A stretch of 60,000 nt of DNA from Lama glama (lineage: Eukaryota): assembly GCA_028534125.1 (NCBI GenBank), contig CM052832.1, positions 8,806,001-8,866,000 on the forward strand, written 5' to 3'. Both the position numbers and the translations under genes were made by a program. Below, one piece after another: positions 22,832-34,137 of the stretch (position 1 is the first letter of the stretch; each line of letters starts with the position of its first letter). Below the pieces are notes generated by a model. The model was given only the letters and a program-made list of their open reading frames with translations, was not told where the DNA came from and ran no database searches.

Positions 22832-23666
22832 CTGGGAAGAGGGGGCATGGGGGAGTGTCAGGATGAGACCTGACACGCAGGCCACCATGGGGACCTCAGC
22901 TCTTTCCAGCAATCTCCCACTTCTACCAAAGGAGTCCAGTCCTGGTGTTCCACACAAAATCCACACAGTCCAACAGGTGAACTGATGGGGCTAGGGGCAA
23001 GGGAAACAGGCACCCCTTAGGGTATGAGCACTTACTGATGCAGCCAATTACAACCTCTGAAATGGAACAAACTGCACAAGTCTCATCTGAATCACTGCTC
23101 CCAGGACACCATGTTGACATAAGGGGTTTTGCTTTCATAGGGTCTCCTATGTACAAAGCTCTCAACAGGCACAAGGGGAAAATCACAAAAAGGGAGACCC
23201 AGGCCCTGCTCCTAAACTCCTAAACTGATGGGGGAGACCCTGCAGTGTCCCCAGGGGGCTCCCAGCCAGAGGAAAGGGGGAGTAGGGGGAGGGAAACAGG
23301 CAGACAGATCACCCTTGGGGGAACTCAGATACTAATGGGGGGAGATAAGATGTGCAAAGATACTAAATACGTCTGTGGTTTAGAACTGCAGGGAGAAGGC
23401 AGGGAAACACAGGAGGCTGGCCCAAGAGCCTCCAAGGAGGAAATCTTGAGCCAGGTTGCTCAGAGGCCAAGGCACTGGGAATTCGCCAACCCCAGGCTTC
23501 CAGCTGGGGGCGGGGGCGGGGGCGGGGTAAGCTCTGCTCTGGCTCCAGCTACCAGCACCTCGCGGCCGGCGGTTCCTTCCAGCGCCGCAGCTCTCTCCCC
23601 CATAGCCACGGGAGGGCGCTCAGCACCTGCGCACAGGCACCACCTCCCTCTTCCAAGGCCCCTCAC

Positions 23667-23870
23667 CGTTGAGGCACTCCATCTCTGGCTCCTCGCCCTC
23701 CGGCTGCTTCTGAAGCCGCTTGGCCTTACAGCGCTTCTTGCAGTAGAACATGAGCCCCAGCACAGCAATGATGTAGGCCACCGCGGCGCCCACCGACAGC
23801 CCAATGGTCTGGATCATCTTGTAGGGGGGAGGGCTACCTGGGCCTTCAGACTCCTCCAGCATCGGCTTGT
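23667..23870 (-). CDS. PTK7: PTK7 exon 14 (transmembrane helix)
   Basis: cag|ACAAGCC ... AACG|gtgag; TIGLSVGAAVAYIIAVLGLMFYC followed by basic KKRCKAKR; 204 nt. Confidence 0.97.
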
Positions 23871-25002
23871 CTGAGAGACACACAGAGATGTGAGCAGATG
23901 CCAATGAAGCACACCTGGCCCTACTTCTTTAGTGGTTCCCTCCTCATCACATACATATGACAACCTCCCAGACACTCATGACGAAGCCAGAGTGACCCTG
24001 GGAGGGTCACCACCATCAACTGGACAAGGGCCAGATCCTAGGGGCCCCACCAAGGTCAGAGGGAGCTTGGCAGGAGTTGAGGCCAGGGATTCCCAAGCTG
24101 GCTCTGCATCTGGACACAAGGACCGGGACACACATAAAAAGCACACCTGTCAGCATCACCTCAAACCCACACTGTTAAGACGCTTTCTAAATGACTTGGT
24201 ACCATGACTCAGGCCCTGAAGAGCTGCATCTGGGAACTGCTGGTTTAGAATCCCAGATATCATCCAGCACAGAGCAGGTTCTTCAAGAAACGTATCTGCA
24301 GAAGGGATCTTCTAGTCTAGGGGATTTCAATGGGCTCAGATCCCACAGAGAAAGAGGCCCGAGGGGGAGGCCATAAGGATCCCCAACTCCCACATACCCC
24401 TAGTGGCTTCAACCAAGGGGCTTGTCACTTCACTTTATCCACTGAAAGATCCACATAAAACTTTTAGGAAACCATTTCTGCTGCAAACCAAAAAAGTCTG
24501 AGAATCTCTCATTTAAAGCACTCCCATCTTACAGATGGAGAAGCAAGCTTCTGGAGAGGAAATAACACCTCTAAGGGCACCGAGCTGGTTAGCAGGAGAG
24601 GCCAGACCCCAATCCCGAGTCCCTGACCCTAGTTAGAGCCATTCACCTGACACATCCTCCTCTCTGGGCTCCAGGGCAAAGGAAACTGTGCTGCTGCCTC
24701 CTGACCTGACCCGGGGATATGTGCGGAGACCTGAGAGGACGCATTTTAGGGTAAGAGCATCCCCTCCAAGAGGCACACCCCCCCAGCTGTGGGATTGAAA
24801 CGACAGCCCAAGTTTAGGCAAGGAACCGGAGACTCTGTAGTGGCCCGGTGGTGGGGACACAGCTGAATCCCTGCCCCTCTGCTGTATCCCCACCCCCCAA
24901 AATAGTTTCAGTGCCTTCTGTGTACAGGGGGCCAATGAGTACAAGGATGAGAAAGAAGTCCAGTCCTACCACTTGTGCAGGACACCCCTCCCGGGCCCAT
25001 AC

Positions 25003-25130
25003 CCACGACGTAGAGGGGGGCCTCTGTGTGCTTGATGTTGCAGCTGTTGCCCGCGATGCAGGTGTAGCGGCCTGAGTCCTCGGGGGCCACATCGTGGATC
25101 ACCAGAGAGCCATTCTGGAAGATGTGCATC
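25003..25130 (-). CDS. PTK7: PTK7 exon 13
   Basis: cag|GATGCAC ... GTCGTGG|gtatg; MHIFQNGSLVIHDVAPEDSGRYTC...PLYVV; 128 nt. Confidence 0.97.
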
Positions 25131-25227
25131 CTGCCAGGAGAGAAGCCCTAGCGTTGCCCACCTGGCCAGCTTGCGGGAGACAGGGCTGCAGAAGTGGCAG
25201 GGTGGGTGTGGGAAGGGGACAGCCTAC

Positions 25228-25378
25228 CTGGGTCCTAGCTTGGTGGGGTCCAGGATGCGGTCTTTGCCCTTCCACTGAATGAGCGGCTTGGGGTCCCCCT
25301 GCGCCTCGCACCGCAGCAGGGCTGTGTGGCCTTGGTACACGGTTGTGCGCTCCGGCTCCACTTTGAAGGTGATAAACA
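25228..25378 (-). CDS. PTK7: PTK7 exon 12 (contains PKPLI motif)
   Basis: ccag|TGTTTATC ... CCCAG|gtagg; FITFKVEPERTTVYQGHTALLRCEAQGDPKPLIQWK...KLGP; 151 nt. Confidence 0.97.
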
Positions 25379-25495
25379 CTGGTTGGGAAGAGTCCAGCAA
25401 GGGGCAGGGAGCAGTGAGCAACGGGGCTGGCGGGGTGCAGGCTGCCACTCCATGGGGTCAGCCAGCCCCAGCCCCAGGGCCCTGTGCAGTCGCAC

Positions 25496-25645
25496 CTGCC
25501 ACAGTGAGCTGGACGTGGGCACGGATCTGGCCCTGCAGCCCATTGGAGGCAATGCAAGTGTAGTTGCCAGCGTCATCGCGGGTCACCCTGGAGAAGTGCA
25601 AGGTCCCAGCGTTGTCTGTCACCCACTCTGGGAGGCTGCTCCCAT
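25496..25645 (-). CDS. PTK7: PTK7 exon 11
   Basis: cag|ATGGGAGC ... GGCAG|gtgcg; GSSLPEWVTDNAGTLHF...HVQLTVA; 150 nt. Confidence 0.97.
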
Positions 25646-26944
25646 CTGCAGGGCAACGTAGGGAATGATGGGACTGACCAGGGCTCCGCGGGTGGCCGGC
25701 AAGGCCCCCAGTCACCCACCTCTACTCAAAAACACTCCATTGCTCCTAGCCACCCTCAGACAAGGTCCAAGACTCCTGAACTGGGCCTTAGGAGTCCCTG
25801 TTATTTACCCCTTTTCCAATTTTTCAGTCTCACCTCTTACTGCCCTGTATAACAATCCACTTCTGCCAAACTGGACTTCTGACTGGGTCTGGAACTGGCC
25901 TTGCTCTGGCCCTCACTGCCTGTCATTCCTCACTCCTAGAAGCCAGTCCTGCTCTTTGCCCTCGTCCCAGGCTGCAGATCTGTTGTGAGCCTCACCTCCC
26001 ACAGAAAGCTCCCCCAGATACCTGAGCAGACAGCGCCCACTTGCTCCTCAGAACCTATAACCCTACTCTCTCTCTGTTATTGGGAATGTAAAAGCCCTTT
26101 AAAAAAAAACAATTTGGCCATTCGCATCAAGGGTTGTAAAAACGTGCATACCCTTTTATACATAATTATTACATTCTGGGAATCTTTCCCAAAGGAAATA
26201 AACCCAAATCCAGAAAAAACTTTGGCTCAAAGATGTTTACTGCAGCAATAAAAAGAGAGACAGAGACAGACAGAGAGAGGGAAGGAGAGAGGGAGGGAGG
26301 ATGGTTAACAACTCAAATGTCCAACATTTAGGGAATATTTAAGTAAATTACAGTGAATCCAGTCATTGGAATATTATTGCAATTATTCAATGTTTATATA
26401 TAAAAACATGGGGAAATGCTTGATAATGTTAAGTAAAAAATATATAAAATTACCTAGTTTTCTGCATCTTTTATGTCTATAGTAAGCATGACTTACTTAT
26501 GTAAGCATAATAAGTGAAAATTATACGTCCAATAAAACTGCTATGTAAAAACAAAAAGATGTGCACAGGAAAAGGTACACACCCACAGATAACTGAAGGG
26601 GGGATTATGCATTATTTTCTCCCAAAATTTTCTAAAGGATTACTTTTATGTTGGAAAAGATGACTATTTTGAAAAGGACGAAGGGAGGACTTTATAGCCC
26701 TGTCTGGACCAATCCAATCACTTGATGCCTTGAGTCGTCTTATATGTTGTCTAACGCTGTAACCTGACTTCTTTTGTTTCTGGCTTTTTTCTTCCTAACT
26801 GGACTATAAATCGGCCCTTACATTTCTTGTCTGTCCCACAGTTCCCGGCAAGGTGCTGGGCACTCAGCTGGTCCTCAGACAGGCACATGTCTGACCAGTG
26901 GACTGCCCAGCTGCCCCCCCACCCCACGCCCGCACGGTACCCAC

Positions 26945-27064
26945 CTGCCCGTACCCACTTAATAGTGGGCTTCTCTCGGCCTGTGGCTGAGCAGGGCACT
27001 GTGGCCTCCTTGTCAAATTCCATGCACTGCTGCGGCCGGGGTGGTGGTGTGAACTTGAGCTTTT
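26945..27064 (-). CDS. PTK7: PTK7 exon 10
   Basis: acag|AAAAGCTC ... GGGCAG|gtggg; KLKFTPPPRPQQCMEFDKEATVPC...IKWVRA; 120 nt. Confidence 0.97.
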
Positions 27065-27181
27065 CTGTTGCAGGAGAGGGGAAGAGGAGGAGTTGGGGTG
27101 ACCGGATCCTGGGCCCTGCTGCTCCTTCCCTTTCACTCCCCTGTCGCCAGGCCAGGCGCCCTCCCCTACACGTCAGCTCAC

Positions 27182-27317
27182 CCAGCACTTGGACCCGGGC
27201 CTGGGCCTCGATGCTGCCTGCAGGGGTGCTGCTCACGCAGCGGTACCACGTGCCATCGTACACCTCCACGCTGTTGATGCGCAGGGTCCCGTTCTTGGAG
27301 ACCTCGAACCGCGAGTC
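27182..27317 (-). CDS. PTK7: PTK7 exon 9
   Basis: cag|GACTCG ... GTGCTGG|gtgag; DSRFEVSKNGTLRINSVEVYDGTWYRC...RVQVL; 136 nt. Confidence 0.97.
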
Positions 27318-27477
27318 CTGCAGCATGTGAGATGTGACCACCAGCGCTCTCAGCCTGCCCCCCACCAACGTCTCCCTGGGGCAGCCTCGGGGGTTGGGGG
27401 AAGCAAGCTATGGAGGTGAGCATGGAGGATGAACTCTCCTCCCTGGCCCTGCCCCCTGCAGCAATCCTCGTTCTCAC

Positions 27478-27611
27478 CTCTGAGATGAGCATCTGGTTTC
27501 TGTACCAGACGACTGTGGGTTTTGGTGTGGCCTGGGTCAGGCAATGCAGATAGCCTGGCTTGCCCTCCTCCAGCTGGCTGTCTTGGGGCTTCTTCAGCCA
27601 CGTGGGCACAG
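27478..27611 (-). CDS. PTK7: PTK7 exon 8
   Basis: ctaag|CTGTGCCC ... TCAGAG|gtgag; VPTWLKKPQDSQLEEGKPGYLHC...QMLISE; 134 nt. Confidence 0.96.
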
Positions 27612-27984
27612 CTTAGAGGGACAGAGAAGAAGCAGAAGGTTGACTCAAATGTCTGCAAAGCCAATGGATCCAATCCCAAGAAATTCTAGTAACACCCCCA
27701 CCCCTACCCCAGGCCCTGAGTTTAGAAACCCTTGTCCTATCTGGTGATAACTGAAGCAATTACTCCTTAGTGAAGGCCTATGTGCCCGCCCCTTTTGAAC
27801 ACTGTCTTAGTTATGGATCAGTATAAACTCCCCAACATATGTGTTTCTATACCCACTTTACAGGTAAGAAGACAGAGGTTCCAAGAAGTAATGGTAATTT
27901 ACTAACACATGCTAGAGATAGGATTGAAAGCTTTGGTATGCATGACTCCAAAATCCTTGCTTTCTTACTACACCGTAACGTTCC

Positions 27985-29578
27985 AAGCTCAGTCCTCAGA
28001 TCTCTGTTCTGCTTTAGCCATGTTCATTTCCTGACTGATCTCATCCAGCCCATGGCCTTCAATACTATCCAAGTGGATGAGTCCCACATCTACAGTCTGG
28101 CTCCTGAGCTCCCCCCATGAACTTCACACTTGCAAATCCTACTAGCATCTCCCACTGTGTATCTAACAGTCACCTCAAGCTTTCTATGTGCAAAAGAGGA
28201 GTCTTGATCCCTCCCCAAACCTGGTCACCCCAGTTTTCCCTATTTCAGTAAATAGCACTACAATTCGGCCAAGCATACAAACCAAAAAGCTAGTACTGAC
28301 TTCTTTCTCTACGGCTCCCCCACACCATTCATTCTTCACAAACCCTGTCTACCTCGGCTCCAAAATAACTCCTGAATTTCACCACCTTTCACCTCCACTG
28401 CAACCACCTGTTCAAACCCCTTCAACACACATGCCCTGCAGGTAATTACAGTCATCTACTAACTGGTTTCCTGTTTAGACTCTTGACCCTAACAGTCTAG
28501 TCTTCTAGAACAGCCAGAGTGATCTTCTGGAAATGTCACTCTTGGACTCAAAGCCTGCAAGGACTTCTCACCTGTGACTTGGTGGGGCAGACTGTTTGCA
28601 AAGATGGCTGTAAACGGTCCTCCCATCCCCCGCGTCTTTTTCTACCATGATGTTGCCACTTTCCCATCAAGGGGCGGGGTCTAGAATCTAGGTGGCCAGC
28701 CACGTGCCCTGTCCAGTAGAATATAGTGGATGTGACACTACACTTTCTAAGCCAATGCCTTGAGAAGCCTTATAGCTTCCATTTTTATACTCTTGGAACC
28801 CGGTGTCCATGTAAGGAAGCCTGAGCTAACCTGCTGGAGCAGCCATGTGGAAGAGAAACAAGGCACCCTGGTTGATATTCTCGGTTAAGTGCCAGAAGCC
28901 TGAGTGAGGACATCAGGGAAGAGCCAGTCACCAGATGTATCAGTTGACTGCATACACACCCCTAAGCTGAGTCAAAAGCACAAAGAATTGATGAGCTGTC
29001 CCAGTTGAACACTGCCCACAGAATCATAAGCAAAACAATGGCTACTGTTTCAAGCCACTAAGTTTGGAGTGGTTTGTTACACAGCAGTAGGTAACTGATA
29101 CACTTGCAATACAAGCCAAAGTCCTCACCATGTTTTTACAAGGCTTCATGTGATCTAATTTCTACCTCTCAGACAGCCTCATTCATAGTCACCATCACTT
29201 ATTCAAACCAAGCCACACAGGCTACTGCTGTCCCTCCAACTTACAAGCCCATTCTGTCTCTGGGCCTGTCCGCATGGTTCCTTAATTTAAACACTCAAAT
29301 GCCATCTTCTAGAGACGTCTCCCCTAAATTCCCCCTGGCCCTTATGCCAGCTCTCTGAGTCACTTACCCTATTTTATTTTTCTGCATGGTTCTATTGCCA
29401 CCTAAAATTATAATATTGTTCATTCAATTGTGTTTCTTGTTTGCTCTGTTGCCCCTATTAGACTACCAGCTCCACAAGGGGAGAGATTTTTGCCTGCTTT
29501 GTTCATCACTGCATCCCAGTCCTGGGAACAGCGCCTAGCACAAAGGAGGCACTCTATAAACCTGCTGATGGAATGGAG
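27985..29578 (+). mobile_element. LINE-2 3' portion, interrupted by the LTR
   Basis: Pyrimidine-rich L2 motifs (GATCTCATCCAGCCCATGGC, CAGCCAGAGTGATCTT, TTTGTTCATCACTGCATCCCAG..CCTAGCACA..GGCACTC). Confidence 0.75.
28581..29102 (+). mobile_element. MaLR solo LTR (MLT1-type) nested in L2
   Basis: CAAAGATGGC near 5' end; 3' end TTTCAAGCCACTAAGTTTGGAGTGGTTTGTTACACAGCAGTAGGTAACTGATACA. Confidence 0.8.
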
Positions 29579-29729
29579 GCATGGAGCCCTCCTTCCTCCG
29601 AACTATACCCTCCACCTCTCTGCACCGGTCCAGCCCTGCCTGCATTACACACTCTCTAATTTCACAGGCCTCCTTCTCAAGGGGCAGTGCAGGCACAGGG
29701 CACGGCTCAGTTGGTGCTTGTAGATCAAA

Positions 29730-29900
29730 GCCAGCATCCCCACATCCAGCATCACCTGGAGCACATGTTAAAGACTCTCTGCCTGACCCCACCCCCAGAG
29801 AGTCTAGGGCAGGAGATCTGGAGTAGGATTGTAGAGTCTGCATTTTTAAAAGTACCCTCAATGATACAGGTGATCCACAAACCCCATCTGGAGAAGGGCT
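29730..29900 (+). mobile_element. MER5-like hAT MITE
   Basis: CAGCATCACCTGGAG..TGTTAAAG..CCCCACCCCCAGAG..TCTGCATTTTTAA. Confidence 0.55.
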
Positions 29901-30864
29901 GACTGCGGCTGCTTGCATTTGTCTGTGTGTCTTGGTGGAAGTTTCCTGAGCACAGGTTACCTGCGTGCTGCAGTTTCCCACCGGACCAGGGACCTGACCA
30001 CGGGGGTACATGTCTCTGAGGTGTCAGTATCTTAACGGGAATGGTATCATCTTAACTTACAAATGCACAAAGCCCTTTTTATATCTGAAATCTTTTTGAA
30101 CTTTTGAAACTTACCTACTTGGAAAAAAGAACAGGTAAGTAGGAAGAAGCAGGTCTCAAAATGGTGTGTGTGTGTGTGTGTGTCTATAAAAGTTTGTCTT
30201 GTGTATCTTTTTAAATTATCACAAAGGTTTGGCACAGCCATGGTGTAAATAAGTAAATAAATCTCCATGCTTGAAGCAAGAGTATATAAACCTTTATCAT
30301 AGGCACTTACAAGCATTTTTATTACTTTTTTCCCCTCTTATTTCACAAATTGTATGTTCATTGTAGAAATTTGGAAACTATAGCAACATATAAAATAATG
30401 ACCACCTATAACTTTGTCCACCAACACTTTCCCAGAAAAGAAAAAGAAAAATCCTTTTTAACTATTTCACTGATCTTTCTGACCACCTTATAGGGTAGAG
30501 AGTCTGTTATTGGCCCCATCTTATGGATGAGGAAACTGAGCCCTAGCAAGGCAGGTGACGTTTTACCCGTGGTCACTCCATGCACTGGGGACAGAGTGGG
30601 AGCCACTGTGTTGACTGTCCCCTGCAGCCAGAGGACCGCTTTTCTGTGAGGGCTATCTCTCCAACCTTTGTGCGTGGCTCTCCACTGTCTCCTCCAATAG
30701 CACCTCCCAGCAGCTGACTGGTTCCCAAGCCAGCAGGGCTCAGAGCTGAGAGTGCCTCAGGGGAGCACCACGGAAGCCTCTGTCCAACACACCCAGAGCC
30801 CAAGCCCTCCTGGGACCTGGGTTCCCTTCCTCCTCGCCTAGCCCTTCAGGGCAAAGGTGCTCAC

Positions 30865-31131
30865 TGGCCACGGTGATGTTGACATCCTGTCGCCGCTGAC
30901 CGGCCAGGTTGGCTGCATGGCAGGTGTAGACACCAGCATCGCTCTCAGCTGTGCTGGCAAACACCAGCTCGTGGCCCTGCTGGTAGACTCTGCCATGGGC
31001 AGGCAGCCGGGCTCCTGCGTGCTCCCACCACACACTGGGCTCCGGAAGACCCTGGGGGGGCGGGCAGGCCACACGCTCCTCGCTGCCAGCTGTGAACACC
31101 CGTGGCTCAAAGGGCGGCATATCTTCAATCT
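30865..31131 (-). CDS. PTK7: PTK7 exon 7 (Ig4)
   Basis: cag|AGATTGAAG ... GTGGCCA|gtgag; IEDMPPFEPRVF...QDVNITVA; 267 nt. Confidence 0.97.
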
Positions 31132-31375
31132 CTGCAGGGACAGGAGCAGACCGCCCAGTTTCCGTGGGTCCTGGGTACCTGATGTTCTCCCACAGCAAGC
31201 TTTGCCCTTTCCAGCACAAGCCCTCCCCATGACCCTCAGCACCTCCTCTCCCTACCCCCGCATCCTCTTCCTCCCAATGCCCTCCAAGCCGCTCTGAGTG
31301 AAACCAAGCCTAAATCTTTACATGCCAACAACACTGAAGACAGTCCCTACCTTGGCACTTCAGACAGGGACCTAC

Positions 31376-31524
31376 CTGCCAGGTGGAGCGTGGCCTCCAG
31401 GACAATGGGAGGGCCCCTCTGCCCCTGGCCAACACAGCGGTAGACCCCTGCATTGCGCGGTCGGACTTGGGTCAGCAGCAGGGACCCGTTGGCAAACACC
31501 GTGGCTCTGCGGAGGTGCGGGGGA
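31376..31524 (-). CDS. PTK7: PTK7 exon 6
   Basis: cag|TCCCCCGCAC ... GGCAG|gtagg; PPHLRRATVFANGSLLLTQVRPRNAGVYRC...TLHLA; 149 nt. Confidence 0.97.
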
Positions 31525-32478
31525 CTGCAGAGGGGAGAGGGTGCTGTTTGAAAGGAGTGGCCTCCTTCTGGAAGGGAACGCAATGGAATCCCGTCCTGCG
31601 CTGGTTAGGTATGTAGGAAGGAATCCACCAGGAACAGGACAGAGAGAAGGAAGCCGATATGCCACACTGGGGTGTGTGTGCGTGCACATGCACGTGTGTG
31701 CACTTGTTCATGTGCTGGGGGGGCTGTGTGAGGCGAGCAGCAGGGCAAGTGAGAAGCCGCGAGTCATCAACAGTGTGCACCTGCGGAGACGGAGGGGCCC
31801 CCGCCCCCCGGAGTCAGGTAAGCGTGCTGGTGAGGCAGCAGCCCCAGCAATCAGAAGCTCCTCGGCCGCACCAGATGAACTACCGATGTCCTCAGGGCTG
31901 AAGCCAGGTGGGATGCCATCCCCTAGTCTAGGGAGCCACATCCCAAGGACCAGGGCCACACCTAGCACCACAAAGGGGCTCCCTGCTCTCATAGGGCCTG
32001 GATGAGGATAGATGTTCTACAGAGACACTGGCACCTCCTAGCACCTTCTGGAAGTGTTTGCTTCCCCAAAAATATATGCATGTGTGTGCATGTGCGCACA
32101 TCTGTGTGAGTGTAAATAAGGTATCCTTGCTATCTGGGACCTTCCTATCCAGACTGTGATCGCCCAGGGATCCCTCCAACCCTGAGACTCTACCCCTATC
32201 CCAGAAGACCCATGTGGGCAGGAAGCGTGTGGTGATGCAGAGTCACTGCTGGCTCACACGGTGTCTCTCTGGGAACTGGAAAAGATACCCTTCCTGGAGA
32301 CTCTTCCCTTTGCTGGACTCATTTGGTAACAGCAAGAAATTCTATTGCCATCTGCCGGTAAGTTGAAGTAATACATGTATAGATCTCTGATGTCTGTGAT
32401 AATATCCTTCCCTTTGAGAGAACCAAGTGTGCAGTACACAAGCTTTACCACCATAAAGGCTGCTGCCAGATGCCTTAC

Positions 32479-32629
32479 CGACTGCGGTTAGTGATGGGAG
32501 TCTCATCCTCAAAGATCCACTGCAGGGTTGGGGAAGGCTGGGCGGAGAACTGACAGTGGAACATGGCCTCCTCGTTCCTTGCCACGACCACATCCTGGGG
32601 CGCCAGCACCACCCTGGCAAAGCTCTCAT
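32479..32629 (-). CDS. PTK7: PTK7 exon 5
   Basis: ccag|ATGAGAGC ... AGTCG|gtaag; ESFARVVLAPQDVVVARNEEAMFHCQF...TPITNRS; 151 nt. Confidence 0.97.
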
Positions 32630-32723
32630 CTGGAGTGGGGGGAGCCCAGACATGTAAGCAGGCAGAGTGGGGAGGCCCCTCCCATCCCTCACCTCACCCT
32701 CCCCATCCCTGCCCCAGGCTCAC

Positions 32724-32914
32724 CAGCAATGCTCAAGGTGAAGTTCTGGCTGCTGCAGGCCTGGCCAAAGGCATTGTGGGCACAGCAGGAGTAGATGCCA
32801 CTATGCTCAGGGCTGGCCGGCCGGAGGGTCAGGTTCCGCTCCTTGCTGCTGACTGTGTGGTTGCTCTGGCCATCAGCAAGGGGGCTCCCATCTCGGAACC
32901 ACTGGTAGGTGGGC
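32724..32914 (-). CDS. PTK7: PTK7 exon 4
   Basis: cag|GCCCACCTAC ... ATTGCTG|gtgag; PTYQWFRDG...QNFTLSIA; 191 nt. Confidence 0.97.
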
Positions 32915-33286
32915 CTGCAGGGCCGAGGGGGTCAGCAGCAGGGGGACAAGGGGTTCTCAGGTGGCCAGTGGGAAGGGTGCAGAATCAGAGGGTCAGGGCT
33001 AGACCCCTCAGTTTACAAATGGGGGAACTGAGGCCTGGGGATGGGACATGACTTGCACTAAGGCACACAATTCAGGGGAAGAATCAGACTGAGACTCTGG
33101 ATCTCCCAGCTCCCAGAATCCAGGACCCCTCTTCAGTGACCAGGGGTCAGCGTGGAGCAGCACGTGGGTGGGGGTAGTTACAGAATGAAGCCAGATACAG
33201 CTGAATGGAGTTCAGAGTTTGCAGGAGACAGCTCTGCTGGTCTAGAATAACCCTTTCTCTCCCCATCCACAAAGTCGGCTTCTTAC

Positions 33287-33389
33287 CGAGGGTGCCCATC
33301 AATGTGACAACGCAGTGTGACCTGGGTCTGTGGCTGGATCTCGGCTTCTGAGGCTGGATGCTTCAGAACCACGGAACCGGTCTCAATCC
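33287..33389 (-). CDS. PTK7: PTK7 exon 3
   Basis: ccag|GGATTGAG ... CCTCG|gtaag; IETGSVVLKHPASEAEIQPQTQVTLRCHIDGHPR; 103 nt. Confidence 0.97.
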
Positions 33390-33849
33390 CTGGAGCAGAG
33401 GTCATGGTTGCAGAGTGAGGGGTGGAACAGAGCAAGGGTGGGAGGGCAGAAGGGAAAGGATGGAACCTGGAGGCTCTGGAGCCAAGAGACAGTTCAGGGA
33501 AACCCAGTGAAGCTGAGGCCAGGGATACTGATGGGGACACCAGAGACGGAGTGCCAGCCTGGTCCCCGGCAGGTCAAGGCTGACACTTTGCTGCATGGCT
33601 TCACTGCTCTTGCCATTTGCAAAAGAATCCAGCAGATCAATGGGTCCAAGACTTGAAGGGGAAAAAAATAACTTGGAAAAATTAAAATGTTTAATTTTCT
33701 TTTATCAATCCAAGCCAAGAGCTAACCACAGCTACATTCTGCCCACCCCATTCAACTGGAAATGGGAGAAGAGGAGGGGAAGGAGGGATTCCGCAGGGCT
33801 CAGGAGCTGAGGGTCTAGCAGCGGGTGGGCCCAGCCCCCTGGCTCTCAC

Positions 33850-34137
33850 ATTTGATGTTGAAGGAGGCGTTGGCACTGCGGGCCTCCTCGCCAGTGGAGT
33901 CATCCCGAGCCACACACTGGAAGGCACCCGAGTCCTGCAGCCGGTCCACAGCTGTGAAGCTCAGGCTGCTGCCCTGGGCGAAGCGCCGCTCCGTGTCCTG
34001 GACAGGGGCCCCATCCAGCAGCCAGTACACATGCACTGGGCCTGGGGCCTCGACCTCACAGCGGAGCAGCGCCCGGCGCCCCTGCAGCGCATCCTGGGAG
34101 GACGGCTCCTTGATGAAGACAATGGCTGCCTGGGCAC
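33850..34137 (-). CDS. PTK7: PTK7 exon 2 (Ig1); exon 1/signal peptide outside window
   Basis: cag|GTGCCCAG ... ATCAAAT|gtgag; AIVFIKEPSSQDALQGRRALLRCEV...NASFNIK; 288 nt. Confidence 0.97.

Noticed and set aside
30761..30781. REST/NRSE-like AGCACCACGGA
   Set aside because: Lacks the 5' TC and the GGACAG right half-site
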